This document shows positions 38,839 through 49,181 of a stretch of 64,000 bases of DNA, piece by piece. The notes under the pieces were generated by a model. That model saw only the letters and a list, made by a program, of their open reading frames with translations. It did no database searches and was not told where the DNA came from. The DNA lies in IMG/VR virus record IMGVR_UViG_3300014204_000111, positions 96,001 through 160,000 of that record. The stretch is one strand, 5' to 3'. The first letter of the stretch is position 1, and the number at the start of each line of letters is the position of its first letter. Position numbers and translations under genes: made by a program. This DNA is from a virus. Lineage: Duplodnaviria > Caudoviricetes.

Positions 38839-41664
38839 ATGGCTTATACAAATGCTGTCTATTTTTTAGATTATGAATTAGGTTCTGATGCAGCTCGCGC
38901 TGATTTAGTTCCATCATCTTATTCTAATAATGGAAGTGGATTAGTTCGTGTTACAGTAGGTAGCTTAGGTACACCAAATATAGTTACAGATGCAGTAGTA
39001 ACTATTGCTGGTACTACTGGAAGTATATATGCTGGTTCATGGAAAGTTACAGTTATTAATTCTACTACAATAGATTTACAAAACTCTACTTATACATCTA
39101 ATCCAGCTACTAAAGGAACCTGTGTCCCATTTGGAGGTGATTCATGGGCTAATGCATGGAAAACTATCACTACAGGTGCAACATCAACAAGAATAGCGGC
39201 TGGTGATACTGTACGTATTGCTAAATCTCCAGCTCCAATAAATACTGGAGTTACAGGAAAATGGACAGCAGGCCCAGTAGGTGCTTCTGTTTATATAACT
39301 GGGACAAGTAATAATGCGGGGTCAATTAGAATCACGGCTGCTGGACATGGATTAGTTACTGGTGATGTAGTTTATATTACTGGTGTGTATGGTACATTAG
39401 AAGCAAATGGTGCATGGCTAGTAACTTATGACAGTGCTACTCAATTTACCTTACAAAATTCTGTTTATACTAACGCTTGGTCATATGGTGGTACAGTAAA
39501 AAATATAAATGCTAATGCTGTAATATTATCATCTGCTTTAACCACTACTATTGATAATTGTGAATCTCCTGCTGGTTTAGATGATTGGGTTTCAAAAAAT
39601 AGCTCAGCAGTTGCTCATGTACACGTTCCTGCAACAGACGGAAAACAAGGTGATACATGTATGCAAATTACCTCTCCACTTATACCAGCAAAAAATACTC
39701 TTTATGCTTATAAAACTGTAAATTCATTAGATTTATCATCAAAACAAAAAATTACATTTTGGTTTAAAAATGCCGTAACTGTACTTGCTGACCAATGGAG
39801 AATATGTCTTTGTTCTGATACTGCTGGAGCTACTATTGTAGATTCGTTTATTATACCAGCGGTTGCATGTTATGATGGTTATACAATGCGTTGGCAACCA
39901 CTTACTTTATCTCAAACTGTTACTACACTTACTGGTGTAGTTTTTAGCGATGGTGGAGGTGGAAGCTCAGTTATTGGAACTTATGCTTCACATGGATTAA
40001 GAAGTGGACAATCTATTACTATTTCTGGTACTACAGATTATAATAATACTTATACTATTACGGTCACAGGTGCTGATACCTTTACTATAGCTACAGCCTG
40101 GATAGGTGGAGCTGATAATATTGGTAATATTAGATTAAACTTAGGCGCAAACATAAAGAGTGTTGCTCTTTATAGTGGTAATAATGCGACTGTACCTACA
40201 ACTAATAAATATGTTAGATTAGATAATATCCAAGCTACTACAACTAATGGAATAAATTTACAAAGTTTAATTAGTAAAAATAGTGCTGAACAAGGAGGAA
40301 CTGAAGGTTGGTATGGTATTCAATCGATTAATGGGACAGTTGTACTATTAGACCAATCTACCGCAACAAAATCAGACTCTACTTATATTAGTGGTTACTT
40401 TGGAGCTAGTGCTGCTGCTGATGCAGTATATATTAGAGAAACAATTAAAACTTCAATGGCAGCTTCTAATGGAGCTATAATACAAGCTGTACAAAATAGC
40501 GGTTCTCTTGCGGGAGGTAATATTAGTTTCTTAGGAGGTTATAATACTTCCAGTGCCAATAACTGTGATGGAGAAACTTATTTTGATGGATTAAATGGTA
40601 TGGGATATGGGATATATGCTACTGCTAAATCCTATATAACATTTAGCAATATTAATACTTATAGGTATGATACTGGTTATTATTTAACTTCTGCATCACA
40701 TTATTGTACTATTCAAAGTAGTAGTAATATAAATAATAATAGCACTACAGGATTATATGTTAATAGTTGTAATTATTTTACAATTACTGCGCTCGCTAAT
40801 ACTAATAGTAATGGAGGCGGTGGAATAGGATTTACATCTTCTCTTTATGGAACTTTTACTACTATAGGTAATGTTACAAATAATGCTGGAATAGGAATTG
40901 ATATTTACGGCATGTCATTTAGTACATTTAATACTATTACTAATGCAAGTGGTAATCAGGGAGGATTTGGAGTTTGTCTTCGTCCATTCTCTTCTTCTTT
41001 TTCTGTCAGAAATAAAATTATGAATCTTACTGCTAATTATAATTCTAACTATGGTATTCGTTTATATGACCAAGCAGATAATAATTTAATTTGCAATCTA
41101 AGTACTACCGGAAATATTACTGGTGGAGTTTATTGTGATGGACAAAATAATTATTTTCGTAATTCATTAATTAATGAATCTTCAGAAATAGTACAATTAT
41201 CATCTCAATATGATTATTATATATATTCTTGGAATCATGACCGTGTAGCTGGACATCATAAAATATTTACAGATGGCGGAACTATTGATTGTCAAGATGA
41301 TGTTGTTTATACTGCTGGAGGATTTGCTTGGAGATTTATTCCTGCGGCAACTAGAATTGCAGCATATCCATTAAAATTAAAAATTGCAGAAATTGCCGTT
41401 GTTTCTGGAAGAACTTATACAATATCAGCTTATTTAAAATTAGACCATAGCACAAATGTTGCAGCAAAACTAGTTATTCCTGGTGGATATTTAAGTGGAA
41501 TTTCTACTGATGTAACAGCAAATACTCCTACTAACACTAATTGGAATAAAGTCTCTTTAGCCGCTATTACACCAACAGAAACAGGAATATTACCAGTAGA
41601 AGTATGGGCTTGGTATGTGGCTGGATTATCGAATATTTATGTAGATACACTCTCCATAGAATAA
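38839..41664 (+). CDS. Tail fibre/spike-like protein with parallel beta-helix
   Basis: G/T/S/N-rich; repeated HGL.(T/S)G..(V/I).I(T/S)G modules; GIY/NN..G beta-helix repeats; possible C-terminal carbohydrate-binding domain. Confidence 0.7.
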   Translation: MAYTNAVYFLDYELGSDAARADLVPSSYSNNGSGLVRVTVGSLGTPNIVTDAVVTIAGTTGSIYAGSWKVTVINSTTIDLQNSTYTSNPATKGTCVPFGGDSWANAWKTITTGATSTRIAAGDTVRIAKSPAPINTGVTGKWTAGPVGASVYITGTSNNAGSIRITAAGHGLVTGDVVYITGVYGTLEANGAWLVTYDSATQFTLQNSVYTNAWSYGGTVKNINANAVILSSALTTTIDNCESPAGLDDWVSKNSSAVAHVHVPATDGKQGDTCMQITSPLIPAKNTLYAYKTVNSLDLSSKQKITFWFKNAVTVLADQWRICLCSDTAGATIVDSFIIPAVACYDGYTMRWQPLTLSQTVTTLTGVVFSDGGGGSSVIGTYASHGLRSGQSITISGTTDYNNTYTITVTGADTFTIATAWIGGADNIGNIRLNLGANIKSVALYSGNNATVPTTNKYVRLDNIQATTTNGINLQSLISKNSAEQGGTEGWYGIQSINGTVVLLDQSTATKSDSTYISGYFGASAAADAVYIRETIKTSMAASNGAIIQAVQNSGSLAGGNISFLGGYNTSSANNCDGETYFDGLNGMGYGIYATAKSYITFSNINTYRYDTGYYLTSASHYCTIQSSSNINNNSTTGLYVNSCNYFTITALANTNSNGGGGIGFTSSLYGTFTTIGNVTNNAGIGIDIYGMSFSTFNTITNASGNQGGFGVCLRPFSSSFSVRNKIMNLTANYNSNYGIRLYDQADNNLICNLSTTGNITGGVYCDGQNNYFRNSLINESSEIVQLSSQYDYYIYSWNHDRVAGHHKIFTDGGTIDCQDDVVYTAGGFAWRFIPAATRIAAYPLKLKIAEIAVVSGRTYTISAYLKLDHSTNVAAKLVIPGGYLSGISTDVTANTPTNTNWNKVSLAAITPTETGILPVEVWAWYVAGLSNIYVDTLSIE

Positions 41665-41692
41665 TAAGGGTAAAATAAAATAGAGGTTTTCA

Positions 41693-41926
41693 ATGAGACA
41701 ACAAAGAATGATTAACTTTACTGCATCTGACTACTTGTTAGTCGATGTTGATGAAGTCAATGATGATACATATGATTATTATGGTTATGTTAAAGCCGCT
41801 GCTAATGATTGGTATATTGTAAGAGTAGACAAATATGGTGCTACTTTGAGATATGCTAAAGAGTCTTCTGGTTATGCTATTGCTTGGGAAGCTAGAGTCA
41901 GTCAAAGTTATGGATACCCAGGCTAG
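41693..41926 (+). CDS. Small hypothetical (probably structural) protein
   Basis: YYGY...WYIVR...RYA...Y..AW..R....Y conserved phage pattern. Confidence 0.6.
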   Translation: MRQQRMINFTASDYLLVDVDEVNDDTYDYYGYVKAAANDWYIVRVDKYGATLRYAKESSGYAIAWEARVSQSYGYPG

Positions 41927-41929
41927 TAT

Positions 41930-42847
41930 ATGAAAGATTGTTTACTTGTTGGGTCAATTGGAAGTTTAAAAGCTGCTGCTTTAACAATAGGAACGTTTTA
42001 TGCCCTTCAAAGTGAGGGATATAATATCATTGGAATGACTGGAGCAAGTGGAGGTTCTTTACCTTTACCATTGCTAGGTCAAAACTTACCAATGAATCAG
42101 GTAATCGATATTTTTAAGAAAATTCCTGGTGACTCTATACTTGATATGGATATCACTCAACAAGGGATAGATTGGATACGAAAAAAGTTTGGTATTCCTC
42201 GTAAAGGAGATAAGCCTTTTACTGGTTTATATAGAGGTAATGCATTAAGACAAACACTTTTGAAGATGTATAAAGAGAATAATGCACAAACATTTGAAAG
42301 CGCTAAAATACCGTTTCTTGTTGTTGCGACAAAAATTGCAGTAGCCAGAGATAGAGTAACAAACGACTCTTCAGTGTTTTTGAATGCAGTTACTCATCCT
42401 AGACATACAATTTTTAAACAAGGAGATGTTGTTAGTCCAATAAGAGGCTCTACCGCTATCCCTCTAGTCTTCAAAGAAGAAGAGATAAATGGAGAATTGT
42501 ATTTAGACGGAGGTATTGTAGACGCTATACCAATTTTACCTGCATTGCAACATTTTGGCCCTTATGATGTATTTATAGCAGATGCTGCTTCAACTATTTC
42601 AGAAGAACCACTATATGCAGACGAAGTAGATTCAGTCATTGAAATTATGATTGCTACTATCTATACGATGTTTAGAGACGCAACTTTAACGAAGATTGAG
42701 GACGCCCTCAAAATCTTAAGTCTTCACAATAAAAATATGTATAGAATTAGAGCAAATATTAAAATCAAAATGACAGAAACTGAAAAAATGAGTGAAGCAA
42801 TATTAGAAAGTTATTATACTGCTAAGGCAACAATTAAGGCGATATAA
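41930..42847 (+). CDS. Patatin-like phospholipase
   Basis: GASGG nucleophile elbow, STAIPLVF, YLDGG. Confidence 0.9.
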   Translation: MKDCLLVGSIGSLKAAALTIGTFYALQSEGYNIIGMTGASGGSLPLPLLGQNLPMNQVIDIFKKIPGDSILDMDITQQGIDWIRKKFGIPRKGDKPFTGLYRGNALRQTLLKMYKENNAQTFESAKIPFLVVATKIAVARDRVTNDSSVFLNAVTHPRHTIFKQGDVVSPIRGSTAIPLVFKEEEINGELYLDGGIVDAIPILPALQHFGPYDVFIADAASTISEEPLYADEVDSVIEIMIATIYTMFRDATLTKIEDALKILSLHNKNMYRIRANIKIKMTETEKMSEAILESYYTAKATIKAI

Positions 42848-42904
42848 TATATATCGAGATAAATTTACGCATTTTATTGATAATAATAGTACTAAGGAAT
42901 AATT

Positions 42905-43729
42905 TTGCAAGATATAGTTTTAACTGACCAAGAGATAGAATCTTTGATGTCTAGTAATTACGTCAAAGTTAATAATTATGAACAGTATTTTGAAAATGAA
43001 TATATTAAAACAGACAATTATTTATTAAAATATAGTAATGATGAACTTAAAATATGTCCTATCCAATTTAAAACTAAATTTCCAATCAAAATTCCCCAAA
43101 ATAACTATCCTTATTTAGCTGTAGTTAACGCTTGTATTGACCCAGCTATCCCGCTTGTTTGTATAGAAGGAAAAGCGGGAACAGGAAAAAGTTCTTCCGC
43201 CGTTGCTTCACTAATGTATTTATGGGATAAAACTCCTGAATTAAGAGCTATTTTAGTAAAAGAAAATATCTTATCTACAGCTAATGGATTAGGATATTTA
43301 AAAGGTACACTTGATGAAAAAAAGAAACCTATTTTTGAATATATTAATTCTGTATTAGAATTTACTAATAATACTAAATCTAAGTCATCTATTAAAGTAG
43401 ATGATTTTGAGCTACAAACTTTAGCATTTTTATTAGGTACAACTTTTTATAAATCTTATATTATTGTAGATGAGGCCCAAAACTTAACTCCTCAAAATAT
43501 AGATTTATTAGTTACAAGAGTTGGAAAAGGAAGCAAAATGATATTATTAGGAGATAGTGACCAAAATTATAATAAAACATATAAGGGAGATAATGGTTTA
43601 GTCTATCTTCGTAAAGTTATGCAAGGAAGTAAGCTTTTTGCTTCTATCGAATTAACCGATTGTTCTTTACGTTCTGCTTTGGTGGAAGAATTTTTAACAA
43701 GAAAAAATAATTACCAACAATATGGGTAA
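42905..43729 (+). CDS. phoH: PhoH-family ATPase
   Basis: GKAGTGKS, LGYLKG...EK, IIVDEAQN, TRVGKGSK, GDSDQ, RS.LV; the usual RGRT is altered to LGTT. Confidence 0.9.
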   Translation: MQDIVLTDQEIESLMSSNYVKVNNYEQYFENEYIKTDNYLLKYSNDELKICPIQFKTKFPIKIPQNNYPYLAVVNACIDPAIPLVCIEGKAGTGKSSSAVASLMYLWDKTPELRAILVKENILSTANGLGYLKGTLDEKKKPIFEYINSVLEFTNNTKSKSSIKVDDFELQTLAFLLGTTFYKSYIIVDEAQNLTPQNIDLLVTRVGKGSKMILLGDSDQNYNKTYKGDNGLVYLRKVMQGSKLFASIELTDCSLRSALVEEFLTRKNNYQQYG

Positions 43730-43737
43730 CATATTAC

Positions 43738-44454
43738 ATGTTACAAAATTCTACCATAGATAGTGCAACAAATAATATTCAAGATTTAACTCAGAGTACT
43801 GACCAACAAGTTACTCAGAATACTGCTGAAGTAACTAAAGAATATGGATTACAGTGGATTCAAAATGAATCTTTTGCAGTTGCAACTGCTGCGGTATTTG
43901 TGTGTTTAATTGTAACAATTGTACTTATTCTTTTAACAACAACTATTTCTGGAATTTCAGGAAGATTAAATAGTATTACTGCTGAAATAAAAAAGCTTAA
44001 AGAAACAGATTTAGAATTTTTAAAACAGACTTTTAATAATACAGCAGACCAACTTAAAACTATTATCAGTCAATTTACTCAAACTACTTTATCTTCTGCC
44101 TCTACAGAACATGCAAGAGTAGAAACTATTTTAACTAAAAAAGTTGATGATATTAATTTATTAACACAAAAGTTAATAGATAGCAAAGATGAGGCGATGA
44201 AAGGGGCTGGAGAAAGAGAATCAAGAATTATTAAAGCTATTACTGATAATCATAATTATACAATGGAAAGTAATGCTCAAATTGCTTCACATTTAGCAGC
44301 TACTACATCTAAAGTTGCTGCTGATTTAGCAAGCTACAATGCTTCAACCCTTGTGGAACTTGGAGAGTTGGGTAAAGATATCGCTAAAACCTTAACTGTC
44401 TTAAATATATTAGTTAAAAAGCAGCTTAATGGAGATACTGATAATGTCAAATAA
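43738..44454 (+). CDS. Single-TM coiled-coil membrane protein
   Basis: Hydrophobic segment at about aa 46-70 followed by helical heptads. Confidence 0.6.
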   Translation: MLQNSTIDSATNNIQDLTQSTDQQVTQNTAEVTKEYGLQWIQNESFAVATAAVFVCLIVTIVLILLTTTISGISGRLNSITAEIKKLKETDLEFLKQTFNNTADQLKTIISQFTQTTLSSASTEHARVETILTKKVDDINLLTQKLIDSKDEAMKGAGERESRIIKAITDNHNYTMESNAQIASHLAATTSKVAADLASYNASTLVELGELGKDIAKTLTVLNILVKKQLNGDTDNVK

Positions 44455-44620
44455 AGTCCTTGATGATAGCAAAAAGGCTCTTAAAAAAGCTTTAGTAGAA
44501 CTGCAAATCACAGCAGCTCAGTTATATTTATTTCAACAAGGTAAAACTAAAGAAGAAGCAAAGAAATTAGTTAGAACTATTAAAGATGCTGAACTAATTT
44601 TGTTACAAGCTGAAAAATAA

Positions 44621-45127
44621 ATGTTATTGGCACTTGACCCTAGTTTAAAAGGTTTTGGCTATTGTTATAAATTAAATAATGAATTGATTTATGGTACGTT
44701 AAAGTCAACCAGTTTATCTTGTATTAGAGATTTTTTGGTATCTTTAAATAGTATTACATATATTGTTCGTGAAGGTTATGCTTTTGGTTTTCATAACTCA
44801 GGATTTACAAAAATAGTTGAAATTGGTGGAGTAATTAAATTAATTGCTTCTGATAAGAATGTTCCGGTTCTCGATATTGCTCCTACAACTTTAAAATCAC
44901 TTATTACTGGAAATGGGAAAGCTTCAAAAAATGATGTTATAAATATAACGAGTAAAGTAACACAAAGCGTTATAATAGATGATAACATAAGTGACGCAAT
45001 AGCTCTTTATCTTTGCGGTGAAGCTTATATAGATTATATACAAAAAATGCAAATTAAATTTGGTTCTATTACTGTTGCTTCAGTAAATAAAGAGCTTAGA
45101 TACATATTACAAACAAAAGGAGTATAA
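44621..45127 (+). CDS. RuvC-like Holliday junction resolvase
   Basis: LALDPSL..FG, VREGY, E..GV, P.TLK..TGNGKASK, DNISDAIA. Confidence 0.9.
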   Translation: MLLALDPSLKGFGYCYKLNNELIYGTLKSTSLSCIRDFLVSLNSITYIVREGYAFGFHNSGFTKIVEIGGVIKLIASDKNVPVLDIAPTTLKSLITGNGKASKNDVINITSKVTQSVIIDDNISDAIALYLCGEAYIDYIQKMQIKFGSITVASVNKELRYILQTKGV

Positions 45128-45370
45128 ATTGGCCTGCAATAGCTGTGGAAGTTCTAAATCTAAATTTGAAATATATTTGACTGTTGATGGAAGAGAATTT
45201 TATGTCGGGCCAAGACCTCTTTATACATTTTTACGTTCTATAGCTCATCTTTTTGAAGAGAATATTGAGTATGAATTTATCCACGAGAACAAACAAACTG
45301 GTGGAAAAATGAATGGTAAATTACATTTTTTGAATAAAATTCCATATATTAATAATCGTAGGTTAATTTA

Positions 45371-45949
45371 ATGGCTCATAAAGCTTCGTCCTTTCAAATT
45401 TTGCCTATTAATGAATATAAAACAGTACTGAAACCAGAAATTAGTGCTCATCAAAATTATAGAATTTTTCCTACATTTATGAATGTTAGGGAACTTCCTG
45501 TTTCAGATTATGACTCTGCTATTGCTGGAGGAGATATGATTGTTAATCCACTTCAGCCAACCACTCTACAACATACTATTAACGCTTATTATTTTAGCCC
45601 TGTTTTTACTTATAATGGACTTGAATTTAGATTTTATTTTTCTCATGGACAAAAACTCTTATATAAAAGAGGTTTAACTAGACATGAGACATATCAATAT
45701 AGATTATTATCTGAACCTAAATACGAGATATGGGAAGTAGATGCAAATGGTTCTATATATATATTAGCAAATGTTTTAGATAAATTAGAGATACAAGTAG
45801 CATTAGACAATTACGAAATAACAGTAAAAGTACCTAATAATAATTTGCATTATTATTGTATTGATGATATTCCTTTTGCATTTCCATTTTCAAACTATAC
45901 TGCCACTGTTAAATGGCATCTTCCTGATATGGGAGGAACTATTAAATAA
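45371..45949 (+). CDS. Hypothetical protein
   Basis: 192-aa coupled ORF. Confidence 0.7.
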   Translation: MAHKASSFQILPINEYKTVLKPEISAHQNYRIFPTFMNVRELPVSDYDSAIAGGDMIVNPLQPTTLQHTINAYYFSPVFTYNGLEFRFYFSHGQKLLYKRGLTRHETYQYRLLSEPKYEIWEVDANGSIYILANVLDKLEIQVALDNYEITVKVPNNNLHYYCIDDIPFAFPFSNYTATVKWHLPDMGGTIK

Positions 45950-47565
45950 TGCTATGTCGAAAAACACAAAGATTAACTTCAATTGGTGGATTAACTTCTA
46001 GAACAACAACTCCTACATTAGGAGTTCTTGATGTTTTAAATCAGAGAGACGCTAAAAGTTACGAATCTTTACCCACAATTAGTATTGGTAATAATCCGTG
46101 GCAACTACCATTTGTTTTGCCTCATTTAGATTTATTTGAAGTAACTTTAGATTTAGGAAAATCTCGTATTATCTATTCTTTAGAATATGATTCTGCATCT
46201 AAAACTTCCACAGGAAGTACTATAGGGTCTTTACCTGACCAACAATCTTTGTCAACTTCTGGGGGTTCTTGTCCAATAGATAGTCCAATGCCTTTGCCTC
46301 AAAGTGAATATTATGGACGTGACCCAATTATTCGTGTAAAAAAGAAAATTTCTATTGATTGTGATACTTTTCCTGAATTATATGCGGAATTTTTAACAGG
46401 AGGAGATAGTCAATCTGTTTTATTAGGATATCCTACTAATTTTACTGGCAAATATTTAGAAACATTTTTTATGACATATATTATTGGAGATAGTATTCCA
46501 AGAGATGTTCCTGAAATTAATTTTTGTTATAAAAATATTCCATTATGTATGACATCAGCTCAACAAGAACAAGGAATTAATACCGATATAACTAGTGGCC
46601 CTTATTCTATGAGTGGCTATCCCTCTGCTAGATATCCCGTTGCTCTTCAGGGAGTAACAATAACTCAAGATAGAGTTAAATATAATATAACTATAGATGG
46701 TAAACCTTATTCTTATACTGATAGTAGAACTGATGATGATATTCCTTTAACATCCAATAAGATTAAACCTTTACACTTTCCAGTTGTCCATCCTGAAATG
46801 TTAGAAGATTTAGATAGATTAACAGAAGTAGTGCAAAGAATAGGTTCTTCACAACCATCTGGTTCTACTTTAGTCGAAAGTCCTCATATTAATGAACCAG
46901 GAGGAAAAGAGTCTGAGGGTGGAGGTATTTGTGGATTTAATCCAGATATTAGTGTAGATGATATTATCAAAGTATTAAGCATTAATTATTCTTTCTTTTC
47001 TGAAAAATTATTAGATATTTTATTTGTTAGACTTTGGTTAGCAATTGAATTTATTCTCTTTTTCTTTTGGAATATTTTTCCTTTATGTAAAGAATGGGAC
47101 TATGTAGAAGATATGGTTCTAAGAATTTTTTCTATAGACCCATTTAAAGGTGGAGGAGATTGTGTTCCAAAACCTCTTAAAACATTACTTAAATTAGTAA
47201 TAAAAGTATATAAGGTTTCAACTTGCTGTAGTATTGCAGGATTTTTAACACAACCTTTATTAAAATTAATTCCTTGTGCTATTTATCATATCGTTTGTTT
47301 TTTAAGGAAGCTAAGATATCTTTTAGTATATCTCTTTTTAATGGTTATGGCTTTTCTATATTATATCTTAATTCACGGAATTGAGGCTATATGTAATATT
47401 ATAGCTAATTTAGGTTCACCTCCTAATAATCCTCCAAAAGACGCAAACCAAGGTGATAAACAAGGTATTGATATAGCATTAAAAAAGAAAGATGCCACTC
47501 CTGTAGCTACAAATGAAAATAACGGTCTTTCTCCCAGCGCTACTAAACCAAAGTCAGATGGTTAA
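45949..47565 (+). CDS. Hypothetical protein with Cys-rich hydrophobic C-terminal segments
   Basis: 538-aa ORF with 2-3 TM-like stretches. Confidence 0.7.
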   Translation: MLCRKTQRLTSIGGLTSRTTTPTLGVLDVLNQRDAKSYESLPTISIGNNPWQLPFVLPHLDLFEVTLDLGKSRIIYSLEYDSASKTSTGSTIGSLPDQQSLSTSGGSCPIDSPMPLPQSEYYGRDPIIRVKKKISIDCDTFPELYAEFLTGGDSQSVLLGYPTNFTGKYLETFFMTYIIGDSIPRDVPEINFCYKNIPLCMTSAQQEQGINTDITSGPYSMSGYPSARYPVALQGVTITQDRVKYNITIDGKPYSYTDSRTDDDIPLTSNKIKPLHFPVVHPEMLEDLDRLTEVVQRIGSSQPSGSTLVESPHINEPGGKESEGGGICGFNPDISVDDIIKVLSINYSFFSEKLLDILFVRLWLAIEFILFFFWNIFPLCKEWDYVEDMVLRIFSIDPFKGGGDCVPKPLKTLLKLVIKVYKVSTCCSIAGFLTQPLLKLIPCAIYHIVCFLRKLRYLLVYLFLMVMAFLYYILIHGIEAICNIIANLGSPPNNPPKDANQGDKQGIDIALKKKDATPVATNENNGLSPSATKPKSDG

Positions 47566-47585
47566 AGAAAAGGGTAAACTATGAT

Positions 47586-48776
47586 ATGCCTATCAGACAA
47601 ATTGTATCAGCAGGAACTAGATATAACCCAGGAGATTATTTTTCTCCATCTCTGAACACGCCAGAAGTTATCAATTCTATTCAACAAGTTCATAATAATG
47701 CCTTACAATCTCAAGGTAAAGTAGATTCTATAAGAAATTCTACTTTTACAGTTCCAGAAGAACACTTAAATAGAGTGAGAACTTTAATGTCTCTTCAAAA
47801 TCATTGGAGAGAAGCTGTACAGAGAATTGCTAGAAACTCTAAAAATGGTCAAATAGACCCAAGATATTTACATGCTATAGGCAAAGTATTAAATGGTTCC
47901 TTGGAGCAAAAATTAATGAATCCTGGCGAACAATTAGCTAAAACGCCTGGTTATAATTCTATTTATAATCATATGTTTGGTGTCTTTGCTGGTAAAGGTC
48001 AAATGTTAAGAGACGAGGGACATATGGCGAAAGTTTTAGATGATGAAATTAAGACATACAAACCACAACAAGTAACAGTACAACAAGCTTTTGGTGGACA
48101 ACATCCATTTCCAGAGTTTGCTCATTTAGAATCAACACCCGAAGCTAAAGTTGGTAAAGATTTTTTGAATCTTTTATCTACTCCTGTTTCTCCAGAGGCG
48201 GCAGAACTAATGAATGTAAGACGCTCAGATATGCAATCAATAGGAACTACTAGCAAAACTCTTGCTAATATGGGACTTTCTGCTTTTGGTAATGTTGCTA
48301 AACCAGGCCAATTTGCTAAAAGTGTAAGATTAGTTAGACGTTCACTCTTTACTATTAATGATTTGATGTTATATGACCCAAATAGAGCTATGGTAGAAAT
48401 TAAAAAATTGTGTGATGAAAATATTCCTCAAGAATTACATAGTCAATTTAAATTAAAAGAAATTCGTCAATTAAAAAAGGCTATTCAAGCAATATATGCT
48501 TTTAAAAATAGTACTGTACCAGTTGACCTTTTAAAAGCATGGGTAACAACTCAAACACCTATAGATATTAATGCATTACCTGAAAAAAAATATAATGAAC
48601 TTAATTCTCCTTGGAATGATGACCACGAACATTCTGCTATTAAAACTTATGTAGAAAAATTTCCAGATAGTGCTTTTATTGATGTTCTTTTATTTAGACT
48701 AGCTCTTGATGATTATGTCTCAAATAAAAAACAAGTATCAGAAGCTAATATGGAAGTTGGAGGATTAGATGAATAA
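47586..48776 (+). CDS. Hypothetical protein
   Basis: 396-aa ORF directly behind a late promoter. Confidence 0.75.
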   Translation: MPIRQIVSAGTRYNPGDYFSPSLNTPEVINSIQQVHNNALQSQGKVDSIRNSTFTVPEEHLNRVRTLMSLQNHWREAVQRIARNSKNGQIDPRYLHAIGKVLNGSLEQKLMNPGEQLAKTPGYNSIYNHMFGVFAGKGQMLRDEGHMAKVLDDEIKTYKPQQVTVQQAFGGQHPFPEFAHLESTPEAKVGKDFLNLLSTPVSPEAAELMNVRRSDMQSIGTTSKTLANMGLSAFGNVAKPGQFAKSVRLVRRSLFTINDLMLYDPNRAMVEIKKLCDENIPQELHSQFKLKEIRQLKKAIQAIYAFKNSTVPVDLLKAWVTTQTPIDINALPEKKYNELNSPWNDDHEHSAIKTYVEKFPDSAFIDVLLFRLALDDYVSNKKQVSEANMEVGGLDE

Positions 48777-49170
48777 TCTTATTCTGCTCTATAGGAAACC
48801 ATTTGGTGACGAGTATGTTTCTGCGGATAGTCTTTTTGATGGTAAGTATAATATATATGAATTATTAGATATGTTTCCTGAAGCTTATCTTTTATTGGTT
48901 AATGATACAACAGAATATAACTTAGAACAAGTAATTAATAGAACTCGTTTAAATCAATATTTTAAAGTTGACGATAAAAATGAAATGCCTTGTGTTAATT
49001 GTAAGGCTGGAAATCCTGTAGATAGAGAATATTGCTATAAATGTGGTTATAAAAATAAATATTATAGTGTTACTAAATTTCTTAGTGACTCTTTTAGTAA
49101 AGCAATGTCTACAAAATATTATGTACTTTATGAATTTTGGGAAGACCAAAGACACAGAAGTATAATCTAA
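48769..49170 (+). CDS. Zn-ribbon hypothetical protein
   Basis: CVNC...CYKCG. Confidence 0.65.
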   Translation: MNNLILLYRKPFGDEYVSADSLFDGKYNIYELLDMFPEAYLLLVNDTTEYNLEQVINRTRLNQYFKVDDKNEMPCVNCKAGNPVDREYCYKCGYKNKYYSVTKFLSDSFSKAMSTKYYVLYEFWEDQRHRSII

Positions 49171-49181
49171 GAGGATTGATA

